From an uncultured Bacteroidales bacterium (GTDB taxonomy: Bacteria; Bacteroidota; Bacteroidia; Bacteroidales; VadinHA17): a DNA stretch of 64,000 nt. Shown here in pieces: positions 24,420 through 34,288 of the stretch. A program made the translations under genes and the position numbers. Location: the NCBI GenBank assembly GCA_963844935.1, contig CAWJQH010000005.1, positions 587,058 to 651,057 on the forward strand, written 5' to 3'. Numbering within the stretch: position 1 is the stretch's first letter; each line of letters begins with the position of its first letter. Below the pieces are notes generated by a model that had not been told where the DNA came from, searched no databases, and saw only the letters and a list, made by a program, of their open reading frames with translations.

Positions 24420-25100
24420 TTAGTCGATTTGCATTTTCACCCTGGCAATGTACTTGTCAATGCTCCTTCCCTCGTTGCTTTCATTGTACTTATCCTGGAT
24501 CCTTTCATAGAGCTCAAGAGCCTCTGAATATTTTCCTTCGCTCTCGTAAATCATTCCAGCTTTCATCAGGTAAATAGGAGTATGGAAAGAGTTATCCGCC
24601 AGGTCAGCAGCCTCCAGGTAATACTTCACGCCTGCTTCAGCGTCTCCCATTTCAACATTGGCATCGCCGATAAGTCCCTTGGCTTCCGGGGTAAGGATCT
24701 CATCCTTCAGGGTGTATTTATTCAGATAACCGATAGCCTCTTCAAACTGACCGAGGTGTATAAGGCATGCCCCGGCGTAATAGTTAGCCAGCTTGCCTGA
24801 TTTGGTCATCTTGTACTGATCAGCTATATCAATGAAACCCAGGTTATTGCCGTCGCCGTTAAGTGCGAGCTTAAGAGAATCCTGTGAAAAATACTTCTCA
24901 GCCATGAACATCTGGCTCTGTGCCTCTTCATTCTTCTTCCCGGTATACATCTTCAGCAGCCAGAAAAGCCCGACTATGACAACAACTCCTATCAGCGTGT
25001 ACAGAAGCGGTTTATAATTTTGTTCAAGGAACTGTTCGGTTTTGGTCAGTGTCTGCTCAACATTCTCGATCGCTTTTCCGGTCTCTTTTTTCTTGCTCAT
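24420..25100 (-). CDS. membrane-anchored tetratricopeptide-repeat protein (YfgM-like architecture)
   Basis: One N-terminal TM segment (LLYTLIGVVVIVGLFWLL) followed by TPR-like helices. Sits directly upstream of ribH. Confidence 0.65.
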   Translation of the reverse strand: MSKKKETGKAIENVEQTLTKTEQFLEQNYKPLLYTLIGVVVIVGLFWLLKMYTGKKNEEAQSQMFMAEKYFSQDSLKLALNGDGNNLGFIDIADQYKMTKSGKLANYYAGACLIHLGQFEEAIGYLNKYTLKDEILTPEAKGLIGDANVEMGDAEAGVKYYLEAADLADNSFHTPIYLMKAGMIYESEGKYSEALELYERIQDKYNESNEGRSIDKYIARVKMQID

Positions 25101-25137
25101 ATCAAAGTTCTCTGTTACAGGTCAAAAAATAACTTCG

Positions 25138-25145
25138 CAAAAGTA
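25138..25145 (-). promoter_or_regulatory. putative -7 promoter element TACTTTTG for the TPR-ribH operon
   Basis: The reverse complement of CAAAAGTA matches TAnnTTTG, 38 nt upstream of the ATG at 25100. Confidence 0.4.
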
Positions 25146-25246
25146 GTATTTCTCGTCTGATTCTGCAATAAAGGGATAAAAAAATAGTGCCGTCACACCC
25201 TGCGCTTCTTAATCTTTCGCGCGGTTGTCACAGCCGTTTCTTTTTC

Positions 25247-25254
25247 TAACTTTG
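25247..25254 (+). promoter_or_regulatory. putative -7 promoter element TAACTTTG for recF
   Basis: Matches TAnnTTTG 26 nt upstream of the recF ATG. A TTG lies about 20 nt further upstream. Confidence 0.4.
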
Positions 25255-25279
25255 ACACTTTGTTAGCCGAATAAGGAAG

Positions 25280-26401
25280 ATGCATCTTGCCAGGATAGAG
25301 CTCACCAACTTCAAGAACTATGAAGAGGTGTCACTTGATTTTTCACCCGGGTTCAACTGTTTTGTGGGGAACAACGGCGTGGGGAAGACAAATATTCTCG
25401 ATGCGGTGCATTACCTGTCTCTTACAAAGAGTTTCTTCAATAATTCCGATACCCTCAGCATAAGGTACGGAGAGGATTATTTCATCCTGAAGGGCCTGTT
25501 CGAGAAGGATGGAAGCCAGGATGAGCTTTTCTGTGCCTTTCAGAAGCAAAAGCAGAAGGTTTTTAAACTCAACGGAAAGGAATATCCGAGGATGTCTGAC
25601 CATGTGGGAAGGTACCCGGTTGTAATGCTTTCACCGGCCGACAGCACTCTCATCACGGGTGGGAGCGAAGAGAGAAGGCGTTTTCTCAACATGATAATCA
25701 GCCAGTACGACCCCGTTTACCTTGAGGCGCACATGCGCTACAACAAGGCCCTTATGCAGCGCAACAGGGTAATCAGGGAGGGTGGCCCCGACACCGACAG
25801 CATGCTTGAGATCTACGATGAGCAGATGGCACCGGAGGCAGAGATAATCTTCAGAGCCAGGCAGACACTTACCGAAAACCTTACACCTCTCTTTTCATCA
25901 TACTATGAAAAGATTTCGGGATGTGCTGAACAGGTGAGCATACGATACAGATCGCACCTCGGCGGTGAAGACTATACGGCCCTGCTTGCCTCATCACGCG
26001 GCAGGGATCATGCAATGCAGTTCACCACCATGGGCATACACCGTGACGACCTGGTCTTTGAAATCGACGGCCATCCTGCAAAAACAACCGCAAGCCAGGG
26101 CCAGCAGAAATCATTCATCGTTGCCCTCAAGCTTGCAAAATTCAGGCTGATAAGCAGAATGAACGGCTTTGCTCCGGCACTGTTGCTCGATGACATCTTT
26201 GACAAGTTTGACCACAACAGGGTGGAAGAGATAATCAGGCTTGTCGGGTCAGGTGAGTTCGGACAGGTGTTCATCACCGACACTCAGCAGGAGCGAATTC
26301 ACCGTATCCTTGATAACACCGGCGTTGATTTCAGGTTGTACCGTATCGGCCGGACAGGCATTGAAGAGGAGATCTCTAACGGAAGCAAGGCCCGGAAATG
26401 A
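25280..26401 (+). CDS. recF: DNA replication and repair protein RecF
   Basis: LTNFKNYEEVSLDFSPGFNCFVGNNGVGKTNILDA Walker A region and SQGQQK signature. Confidence 0.9.
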   Translation: MHLARIELTNFKNYEEVSLDFSPGFNCFVGNNGVGKTNILDAVHYLSLTKSFFNNSDTLSIRYGEDYFILKGLFEKDGSQDELFCAFQKQKQKVFKLNGKEYPRMSDHVGRYPVVMLSPADSTLITGGSEERRRFLNMIISQYDPVYLEAHMRYNKALMQRNRVIREGGPDTDSMLEIYDEQMAPEAEIIFRARQTLTENLTPLFSSYYEKISGCAEQVSIRYRSHLGGEDYTALLASSRGRDHAMQFTTMGIHRDDLVFEIDGHPAKTTASQGQQKSFIVALKLAKFRLISRMNGFAPALLLDDIFDKFDHNRVEEIIRLVGSGEFGQVFITDTQQERIHRILDNTGVDFRLYRIGRTGIEEEISNGSKARK

Positions 26402-26688
26402 GAAGGAATAAGACAATTACACTCAGGGAAGCACTTGAGGATCTTATAAGGGAATACCATCTTGAACCCAAGCTGAAGGAGGCTTCAGTATTAAAAATCT
26501 GGGAGGGCGTCACGGGCAAAGCTATCACGGCCCGCACAAAAAGAGTCTTTGTCAAAGAAGGTGTGCTTCATATTTACCTCACCTCCGCGGTTGTGAAAAA
26601 CGAGCTGATGATGCTGCGGGAGTCGCTGCGCAGCCAGATAAACAGCAAGGCTGGTGAAGAGGTCGTCAGGGAGATAGTGATCCACTGA
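26398..26688 (+). CDS. DUF721 (DciA-like) domain protein
   Basis: 96 aa with IWEGVTG...VKEGVLHIYLTSAVVKNEL, typical of the DUF721 gene that follows recF. ATGA overlap with recF. Confidence 0.75.
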   Translation: MRRNKTITLREALEDLIREYHLEPKLKEASVLKIWEGVTGKAITARTKRVFVKEGVLHIYLTSAVVKNELMMLRESLRSQINSKAGEEVVREIVIH

Positions 26689-28437
26689 TCAGGCGACAGA
26701 ATACTCACCCCGGTGTATCCTTATTTTCCTGTTGTGACCGCGGGTGGTCACAAAACTGTAGGTTTTACCGTAACAATCAAGCGTGGCGACCCCGTTGTCA
26801 AGAACTATAGATATTTCGGCAGCCGGATCACTGTGAATGATGGCATCGGCCATCAGAAATGCTTTTTCAGCCCCGTCGCCGCGCCCGAAATTCCATACCT
26901 CATCAGGCTGTGCCATCCTGCCGTCATCGTATATCGATTTGTTTTTCAGGCTGTTGACAATGTGATATATTTCGTCCGGTGTCTTTTTGCCCAGCTGAGC
27001 ATGGCAAACAGGATTGCGTTCTATTGCCGCCTTGATGAAGGGTCTCCAGTCAGTGAGAGCCATATCACGGTAAGCGTACAACGACAGTAACGCCATTTCC
27101 GAACTGCCGGCCAGCGCCCTTACTTTCCGGATTATATCTTCACGACTGTCTGTGACGGTGATTTCCGGATAAGGCTCATTTACGAAATCCTTATCGGGCG
27201 AGGGAAGAGCCGGTGTTATTACAGTAAAGTCCCTTATGTCTGCAAACATTTTGGTGACACAGTCTGTATGCTCGGTGCTGAATGTCTTCAGAAATTCAGT
27301 TTCAATTACTTTAAGATCAGAGTTCCTGTGCTTCTTCAGAAAATCCTCCACCTCGTTAATTATGATCTTGCCCGGGACAGGGTCAGCGAAGAATTCATCA
27401 CTGTCAACCTCTGCCAGAAGCTTGTCACGGGTTTCCTCATTCACACTCCATTTCGATGAGTGCTCATATTCGTAAAGCTTCTCCAGGGGGATGTAATACC
27501 TGCCTCCTGCCTGCCTGTCATGGTATTGAAAAAGACATTTATAAACTGATTTAAATCGCAGGAAATTGATAAAGACAGCCGGGGTGAGGTGTGTACTTAC
27601 GAATTCATTCAGCCTGGCAGTGAATTCAAGGTAATCCTTTTTATTGATTGTAGCCTTATTGTAAACAGTGTGAATGTATCCGGTAATGTGTGACACTATC
27701 GTTACTTTTTCGTTCTCGAGTGCCCTCCTTGCCTTCTCGGAGAGTGAGGTGCCGTTGAACCACATGTTTTTGGTCATAATGCGCCTGTTGTTCGTCAGCA
27801 GTCCGTCCTTTTCATTTATATAATTCTGTGAGTGAAGCGGGGTTGCCATCATAAAGATCTTCTCAAGCGGTATCTCCCCAACGACAAACATCGCTGCGGC
27901 ATATATGGCTGCCAGGCTCACGCACTCACCTGCACCGGTTGAGAAATGCTCCTTGTGCCTGAAAGCTGTCATCGCCTCAACCGTTTCCGTCTTCCAGTAG
28001 GGTATCACAGAGGAATCGTATTTGTCGAGGCCGAAGTGTCTTCGTATGTCAATGCTGAAGTAATACTTGTCGCCTTCATAACCGAAAAGGGCATTGGACT
28101 GCTTCAGCACTTCCATGTCGAAGAAATCACTGAAGCGCGCCGTTTCCTTTTCCTTTTCAGTCAGACCCCATGTTTCGAGATCGAGGTTAAATACGTAATT
28201 ATCAATTATATATTGCTTAATACGGTTCGACTTGCTGATGAAGTTCTTCTTGTGCATGTCCTTGAACCAGGGATCATCACGCCATCTCCACAGTACCGGA
28301 GACATGATGTCAGCAATCACAAGAGGGTAAAAAAGCTCAGGGAAAATAAAGATCTCCATATCGGAGAGCGTGTAGGCTGAAGAGTATTTTTCGAGCGTTT
28401 TTTTATCTGAAAAATCAGGAGTGACAGGAGCGGTCAT
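26689..28437 (-). CDS. conserved-looking hypothetical protein, 582 aa, possible transglutaminase/papain-like Cys-His core
   Basis: Long uninterrupted ORF with normal composition. GAGECVSLAAIYAAAM and a downstream TPLHSQN resemble a Cys...His catalytic arrangement. No family was recognised with confidence. Confidence 0.6.
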   Translation of the reverse strand: MTAPVTPDFSDKKTLEKYSSAYTLSDMEIFIFPELFYPLVIADIMSPVLWRWRDDPWFKDMHKKNFISKSNRIKQYIIDNYVFNLDLETWGLTEKEKETARFSDFFDMEVLKQSNALFGYEGDKYYFSIDIRRHFGLDKYDSSVIPYWKTETVEAMTAFRHKEHFSTGAGECVSLAAIYAAAMFVVGEIPLEKIFMMATPLHSQNYINEKDGLLTNNRRIMTKNMWFNGTSLSEKARRALENEKVTIVSHITGYIHTVYNKATINKKDYLEFTARLNEFVSTHLTPAVFINFLRFKSVYKCLFQYHDRQAGGRYYIPLEKLYEYEHSSKWSVNEETRDKLLAEVDSDEFFADPVPGKIIINEVEDFLKKHRNSDLKVIETEFLKTFSTEHTDCVTKMFADIRDFTVITPALPSPDKDFVNEPYPEITVTDSREDIIRKVRALAGSSEMALLSLYAYRDMALTDWRPFIKAAIERNPVCHAQLGKKTPDEIYHIVNSLKNKSIYDDGRMAQPDEVWNFGRGDGAEKAFLMADAIIHSDPAAEISIVLDNGVATLDCYGKTYSFVTTRGHNRKIRIHRGEYSVA

Positions 28438-28496
28438 GTAATTTTCTTAACAGAACAACGGTTTTGAGGTTTTGTTTCCGGGGAGATGATCTGATT

Positions 28497-28916
28497 TCAG
28501 AAAACCTCGATCGAAGAAAAGAAGAAGCTTGCCTCCCTGGCGGCATTTTCCGGTGAGTCTGAGCCGTGTACGGCATTCATCTGCACGCTGGTGGCAAACC
28601 TGGCCCTGACAGTACCTTTTTCAGCCTTTGCAGGATCGGTGGCTCCAATCAGTTTGCGGAACTGCTCAACGGCATTTTCATGCCTGAGCACAAGCACCAC
28701 CACCGGACCCGATATCATGAACTCCACCAGGTCGGGGTAGAAGCTGCGTTCACGGTGTATGTCATAGAACTCCTCTGCCTGAGGGCGGGTAATATGCAGC
28801 ATCTTCATCGCGGCGATCTCAAAACCAGCTTCATTGATCTGTGAGAGTACCGGCCCTGTGTTGCCCGCCCTGACGGCATCAGGCTTAATGATTGAGAACG
28901 TGTAATCGGTTACCAT
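28497..28916 (-). CDS. ndk: nucleoside-diphosphate kinase
   Basis: TFSIIKPDAV...NAVHGSDS motifs, 139 aa. Confidence 0.92.
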   Translation of the reverse strand: MVTDYTFSIIKPDAVRAGNTGPVLSQINEAGFEIAAMKMLHITRPQAEEFYDIHRERSFYPDLVEFMISGPVVVLVLRHENAVEQFRKLIGATDPAKAEKGTVRARFATSVQMNAVHGSDSPENAAREASFFFSSIEVF

Positions 28917-28974
28917 AATATAAGTGTTAAAGTAGCGTTGAATAGTTCGGGTTTATTAAGCTTGTTATTTTTCT

Positions 28975-28982
28975 TAACTTTG
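28975..28982 (+). promoter_or_regulatory. putative -7 promoter element TAACTTTG for nrnA
   Basis: Matches TAnnTTTG 22 nt upstream of the GTG at 29004. Confidence 0.4.
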
Positions 28983-29003
28983 TCGCCTTCATAAAACAGC
29001 AAC

Positions 29004-30044
29004 GTGCCAGACTTCGGTAAATATACAAAAGAATTAAAAAAGCTGATTGATGAGGCAAATCATATTCTCCTGATCTGCCATATCAATCCTGACGGTGATG
29101 CCATTGGCGCACTCCTGGCAATGAGACGATGGGTCCTGTCTCAGGGTAAAAACGCAGAAATGCTCTCACCCAATGCCCTTCAGAAATTCCTCCTGTGGAT
29201 GAATGATGTCGACAGGGTGGTGGATTTCCATCATAACATTGAAGCCGGTACGAAGCTGATACATGAGGCTGACCTTATTATAATGGTCGATTTTAATTCG
29301 ACATCACGAATGGGTAAGGCTGAACAGCTTGTTCTGGCATCAAAGGCAAAAAAGGTGATGATTGACCATCATCCCGATCCGGGTAACTTCGCTGATCTGA
29401 AAATCACCGACGTAAGCAGAAGCTCAACCTCGGAACTCATCTATTTCCTGGTCAATGCCATGGAAGGAAGTGAGTTTGACGACAGTGATTTCATTACAGC
29501 GGTATATGTCGGGATAATCACCGACACAGGTAATTTCGAGCACGGGTACTATACAGGCGATACAATGCGTACTGTCGGCCACCTGCTTGACAAGGGAGTT
29601 GACAAGGAAAAGATCCATAATCACATATTCAGTAATTTCTCGCCTGACCGTATCAGGCTCAAGGGCTTCGCGCTGCATTCCCGCATGGTAGTGCATCCGG
29701 AACTTCATACTGCATATATCTGGCTCACCAAGGAGGATCTGGAAAGGTTTAATCATGTAAAGGGTGACACTGAAGGATTTGCCAACGTGTTGCTTACGAT
29801 GAAAGGTATCGTACTTTCTGTGCTCTTTATAGAGCGAACAGGATTTGTCAAAATGTCTCTCAGATCGAAAGGGAGCTTCAATGCCAATGTCCTGTCACGC
29901 CAGTGTTTTAACGGAGGAGGCCATCGAAATGCAGCCGGCGGCGAGATGAAGGGAACAATTCACGATGTTGTGCAGCACTTCGAAAATACCCTGCCTTCCT
30001 ACAGAAAAGAACTGGATGACGCTGCCGGGGAGATGGCAAAATGA
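29004..30044 (+). CDS. nrnA: DHH/DHHA1 phosphoesterase (NrnA-type oligoribonuclease/pAp phosphatase)
   Basis: HINPDGDAIG, DHH (MIDHHPD) and GGGHRNAAGG motifs. Confidence 0.85.
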   Translation: MPDFGKYTKELKKLIDEANHILLICHINPDGDAIGALLAMRRWVLSQGKNAEMLSPNALQKFLLWMNDVDRVVDFHHNIEAGTKLIHEADLIIMVDFNSTSRMGKAEQLVLASKAKKVMIDHHPDPGNFADLKITDVSRSSTSELIYFLVNAMEGSEFDDSDFITAVYVGIITDTGNFEHGYYTGDTMRTVGHLLDKGVDKEKIHNHIFSNFSPDRIRLKGFALHSRMVVHPELHTAYIWLTKEDLERFNHVKGDTEGFANVLLTMKGIVLSVLFIERTGFVKMSLRSKGSFNANVLSRQCFNGGGHRNAAGGEMKGTIHDVVQHFENTLPSYRKELDDAAGEMAK

Positions 30045-30541
30045 GGAAAGCAATCCCCATATTAATCCTTATCTTAATAACGGGCTGCCTGAATAAGCCT
30101 GACAGCAGAAGTTCTGCAAAACCGGCCTCAGAGACTGACCTTATTGAGCTCAACAGATCACTTATATCGAGCGACCGGGAGGTGATTACCGATTATATAA
30201 ATAAAAGTGACCTTAGCTTCAGGGAGACCGAAACGGGCCTGTGGTACAGCATAGTCGAAAAGGGCGGGGGCGAGGCAATAAAGACAGGCGATGATGTCTC
30301 ATACTATTTTGAATGTAAACTGATTGACGGTAAACCGTGCTACAGCGGTTCAAATACGCTCAGAGTCGGCTATTCGAGTGTGGAAAGAGGGATCACTGAA
30401 GGAATGCAACTCATGAAGCCCGGAAGTGATTTTATCTTCATATTACCACCTTATCTGGCGCACGGACATACAGGCGACGGACACAAGATCCCGGGAAGAT
30501 CCATACTGATCTACAGGATCAAAATAAAGGAAGTCATTTAG
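30041..30541 (+). CDS. FKBP-type peptidyl-prolyl isomerase lipoprotein (possibly GldI-like)
   Basis: Lipobox LILITGC. FKBP-type C-terminal region (ITEGMQLMKPGSDFIFILPPYLAHG). ATGA overlap with nrnA. Confidence 0.7.
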   Translation: MRKAIPILILILITGCLNKPDSRSSAKPASETDLIELNRSLISSDREVITDYINKSDLSFRETETGLWYSIVEKGGGEAIKTGDDVSYYFECKLIDGKPCYSGSNTLRVGYSSVERGITEGMQLMKPGSDFIFILPPYLAHGHTGDGHKIPGRSILIYRIKIKEVI

Positions 30542-30554
30542 TTTGGAATGATTT

Positions 30555-31097
30555 TTGATGCAAAACGGAAAAATGATTAGAAACATCATGCGAAATAAAA
30601 TAAGTGCAGCAGTGCTTCTGGCGCTTGCCTTTATTGCTGTTTCATGCGACCCTGCGAAAAAATACGAGGAAGAAGAAAAGAGCCTTATCGCCAACTATGT
30701 TGACGATAATAATATCACAGTCTCTCCTGATTCACACGGACTGTATTATATAGAGGACACGCCCGGTACCGGTGAAAAGATCGAGACAGGTGATTCGGTA
30801 GGTGTCTGGTACACAGGCTATTACCTCACCGGCAAAGAATTTGATTCAAACACTGACGACGATACGCCTTTCAGATTCAGGGTCGGAACATACTATCTTA
30901 TCGAAGGGTGGTCAGTCGGCCTGCCCTACATGAGACTGAATGCCAAAGCAAAGTTACTTATGCCCTCATCGCTTGGATACGGTACCTCGGGATATGGCTA
31001 TTATAATACGTACGGCCAGTACATCACCGTAATTCCAGGTTACACTCCCCTGCTTTTTGAGATTGAAGTGGTGGAGCTTGTCAGAGCCGGGAAATAA
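30555..31097 (+). CDS. FKBP-type peptidyl-prolyl isomerase lipoprotein
   Basis: Lipobox AVSC. VWYTGYYLTGKEFDSN...LIEGWSVGLPYMRLNAKAKLLMPSSLGYG FKBP core. Confidence 0.8.
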   Translation: MMQNGKMIRNIMRNKISAAVLLALAFIAVSCDPAKKYEEEEKSLIANYVDDNNITVSPDSHGLYYIEDTPGTGEKIETGDSVGVWYTGYYLTGKEFDSNTDDDTPFRFRVGTYYLIEGWSVGLPYMRLNAKAKLLMPSSLGYGTSGYGYYNTYGQYITVIPGYTPLLFEIEVVELVRAGK

Positions 31098-31130
31098 AGA
31101 AACAAGCCTGAACCCGGCACATTTCACCCG

Positions 31131-34100
31131 TCATTTAATAACCTGATCACCTGTTAGGGTCACTTTTTTTATGGCCTCAAGGTATGCAGCCCACGGTCCG
31201 TTCAGAAAAACATCGATACGTGAGTTTGCTTCGGTAAGCGCCGCTTCCGCTTCAGTCATACTCTTCACTTCCTGTTGTGACAACTGCCCGCCGGCCATCA
31301 TCAGAACCCTGTAACCGTTAATCTGCGATATCAACCCGTCAGGTCTGCGGTCAAGAGCTTCTGCAAGCTTCGTAAATTCTTCCTTGACAATACTGTAGGG
31401 AGCAGAAGCAGCTTCTGCGAATGAGGGCGATTTTGCTATCATCTCATCATTCTTCGCAAAGCTTTCCTTAATCTCCTTTAAGTTTTTCAGCCTGGCATTG
31501 AGAGCAGTGACACGTTCACCAAAAGCTTCTGCTTCGGCTCTGTTTTTTGCCATGGCATCGAAGTCCTGCCCGGTTATTCTCGGGTCAGGCCTGACTGTAA
31601 CAACGGTTTCAGCTGTGACGTCGCCTCTTTTCAGGATGACATTATATGTACCGGGCAGGACGACACCACCCCGGAAATTCCTGAAATTCCTTCCCCTGGT
31701 GTCTCTGGGCGGTTCAGTCACCTGTGTTGCCTGCGGCAGGGGATTGAGGTCAAGGCCCCAGGTAAACCGGTTAAACCCTTTAACCGCGTCAATTTCCTGC
31801 GACCTGATTATTTTTCCCTCCGGAGCTTTTATTTCAAGGGTCACTTTGCCGGAATCCCCTGGGTTATAATAAGAGATCATTGCACCCTGAGGACGGTTTT
31901 CGCCCCTGAACATGGCATCGCCGGCGTAATAATATCCCGGAAGGTTCTTCGTCGAGGCGAGCCAGGCATCGGGTACCTTGAAAGCGGTCATCCTGCTGCC
32001 GAGGAGCCTGTCGCCTTCTTTTGCCAGGGCTCTCAGGGGGCTTATGTCATCAATCACCCACAGTCCCCTGCCAAAGGTAGCGATTACAAGGTCGTTCTCC
32101 CTCGGATGAATGACCATGTCGTATGTCGAGACGGTGGGATAACCGCTGGTCCATTGGTTCCATGTCTCCCCGGCGTTGAATGAGACATAAAGGCCGAACT
32201 CCGTGCCTGCGAACATCAGACGCGGTTCTGAGGGATCCTGAACGAAACAGAGCACATAGCCCCACACATCAGTGTCATCTATGATCCTCTTCCAGCTCCG
32301 TCCAAGGTCTTTTGTGTGGTAGAGATACGCTGCGTTGTCACCCTGACGGTAATCGTTCACAACCGCAAAAGCCTCTTCAGGATTGTACAGTGAGGCTGTT
32401 ATCTGTGGCACCCACGCGTTACGTGGCATCCCCTTGATATTCTGCGAAGTGTTCTTCCATGTCTTTCCCCCGTCATCTGTGAGCTGTATCATGCCGTCAT
32501 CCGTGCCTGCCCAGATCAGGTCACGCCTTAGCGGGCTGGGGGCAATTGTGATGACTGTACAGTGGTTCTCCGCACCGGTGGCCTCAGGGGTTATGCCACC
32601 GCTCTGGTCCTGCTTCTGCTTCTCCGGGTCATTGGAAGTGAGATCAGGCGATATCTTTGTCCATAAATCACCCCTGTCGCTGCTTTTGTGAATAAACTGG
32701 CTACCGAAATAGATAGTGTTATTATCAAAAGGATCCTGAGCCAGTGCCGAATTCCAGTTGAACCTCAGCTTCTCACTGCCTTCGGCTGCAGGCCTGATGT
32801 TTTTTGACCATCCTGTCTGTACGTCAAACCGTCTTAATGAGCCTTCCTGCGACTGGGCATAGCAGTACCTTGTGTCACCGGGAACGGGCATGGCGTCAAA
32901 ACCGTCGCCTCCTGAAAGAAAGTCAAACATCTCATTGATGATGGGTCCGTTGTACCAGGCATAGGCCGGACCCCGCCAGGAACCGTTGTCCTGCAGTCCG
33001 CCGTAAATATTGTACGGTATCTCATTGTCAACATTTATATGGTAAAACTGTCCCAGGGGAAGATTTTCGATATGACGCCATGTTTCCCCTTTGTCATAGC
33101 TGATTGCCATTCCCCCGTCGTTACCGTCGAAGATCCTGTCGGGGTTTACCGGGTCGATGAACCAGGCATGATGATCAGGGTGAATCGATTCAGTTATTCT
33201 TTTGTCAAATGTCAGTCCGCCGTCTTCACTCACATTGACACCTGAAAAAAGAGTATAAACCCTGTTTTCATTCTTCGGTTCGACATAGATCTCGGCATAG
33301 TAGAAAGGCCTGTTGCCTATGTTATTCTCGCCTCTTTTCTCCCAGTGCAAACCTCCGTCCGTCGACCTGTATATGGCCGATGGCTTTGATTCAACATATG
33401 CATAGACATAATCAGTGTTGGAAGCGGCAATGGCAAGCCCGATGCGGCCTTTCTCTGCCGGCAGCCCGGAGGTTATCTCCGTGAATGTGTCACCGCCGTC
33501 ACGTGTAAGCCACAGTCCTGACCCTGCTGAAGATGAGCTGAAGAACCAGGGTTTGCGCTGATGTGACCACATTGCAACAAATATCTTATCCGGATTGCAG
33601 GGGTCCATCACCATGTCTGCCACCCCTGAGGTCTCATTCGTATACAGTATTTGTTTCCACGTCGTACCGCCGTCGAGGGAACGGTAGAGGCCTCTTTCGG
33701 TATGCGGAGCCCACGGGCTGCCTATGGCTCCGGCATAGATTATATCCGTATTGACGGGATCTATAATGATCCTGTGTATGTACCGTGTAAGCTCAAGGCC
33801 CATACACTTCCATGTTTGCCCGCCGTCAATGCTTCTGTATATACCGTAGCCGGGACTGACGCTGTTGCGGGGATTTCCTTCACCTGTTCCGGCCCAGACT
33901 ATATCAGGTCTGAGGGGATCAATTGCAAGGGCTCCGATAGATGCCACCGCCTCATTTTCGAAGACAGGCGTGAAGGTGGTGCCGGCATTGACTGTCTTCC
34001 AGAGGCCGCCTGAAGCCGTCCCCACATAAAACACGTTTTCATCCCTCGGGTCCACCGCAAAAGCCGTCACCCTGCCGCTCATACCCCCGGGTCCGATGTT

Positions 34101-34205
34101 TCTCGGCCTTATGCCGCCGAATAGTGACATATCGACCTTTTGTGCAGGCAGAAGAGCCGTAAGGGTAATCATTACAGCTGATATAAATGCTTTTCTGATC
34201 ATCAT
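31131..34205 (-). CDS. secreted sortilin/VPS10-like BNR (Asp-box) repeat protein
   Basis: At least 10 Asp-box motifs (SIDGGQTW, SLDGGTTW, STDGGLHW, TDDGGKTW and others) plus a signal peptide. Confidence 0.8.
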   Translation of the reverse strand: MMIRKAFISAVMITLTALLPAQKVDMSLFGGIRPRNIGPGGMSGRVTAFAVDPRDENVFYVGTASGGLWKTVNAGTTFTPVFENEAVASIGALAIDPLRPDIVWAGTGEGNPRNSVSPGYGIYRSIDGGQTWKCMGLELTRYIHRIIIDPVNTDIIYAGAIGSPWAPHTERGLYRSLDGGTTWKQILYTNETSGVADMVMDPCNPDKIFVAMWSHQRKPWFFSSSSAGSGLWLTRDGGDTFTEITSGLPAEKGRIGLAIAASNTDYVYAYVESKPSAIYRSTDGGLHWEKRGENNIGNRPFYYAEIYVEPKNENRVYTLFSGVNVSEDGGLTFDKRITESIHPDHHAWFIDPVNPDRIFDGNDGGMAISYDKGETWRHIENLPLGQFYHINVDNEIPYNIYGGLQDNGSWRGPAYAWYNGPIINEMFDFLSGGDGFDAMPVPGDTRYCYAQSQEGSLRRFDVQTGWSKNIRPAAEGSEKLRFNWNSALAQDPFDNNTIYFGSQFIHKSSDRGDLWTKISPDLTSNDPEKQKQDQSGGITPEATGAENHCTVITIAPSPLRRDLIWAGTDDGMIQLTDDGGKTWKNTSQNIKGMPRNAWVPQITASLYNPEEAFAVVNDYRQGDNAAYLYHTKDLGRSWKRIIDDTDVWGYVLCFVQDPSEPRLMFAGTEFGLYVSFNAGETWNQWTSGYPTVSTYDMVIHPRENDLVIATFGRGLWVIDDISPLRALAKEGDRLLGSRMTAFKVPDAWLASTKNLPGYYYAGDAMFRGENRPQGAMISYYNPGDSGKVTLEIKAPEGKIIRSQEIDAVKGFNRFTWGLDLNPLPQATQVTEPPRDTRGRNFRNFRGGVVLPGTYNVILKRGDVTAETVVTVRPDPRITGQDFDAMAKNRAEAEAFGERVTALNARLKNLKEIKESFAKNDEMIAKSPSFAEAASAPYSIVKEEFTKLAEALDRRPDGLISQINGYRVLMMAGGQLSQQEVKSMTEAEAALTEANSRIDVFLNGPWAAYLEAIKKVTLTGDQVIK

Positions 34206-34288
34206 GACAATTCGTTTAATGACTGCAATTTAAAAAATAAAAATTATGGGAAGGGGCGGGATGTTTGTGTTTCACTGTATTATCGCTC

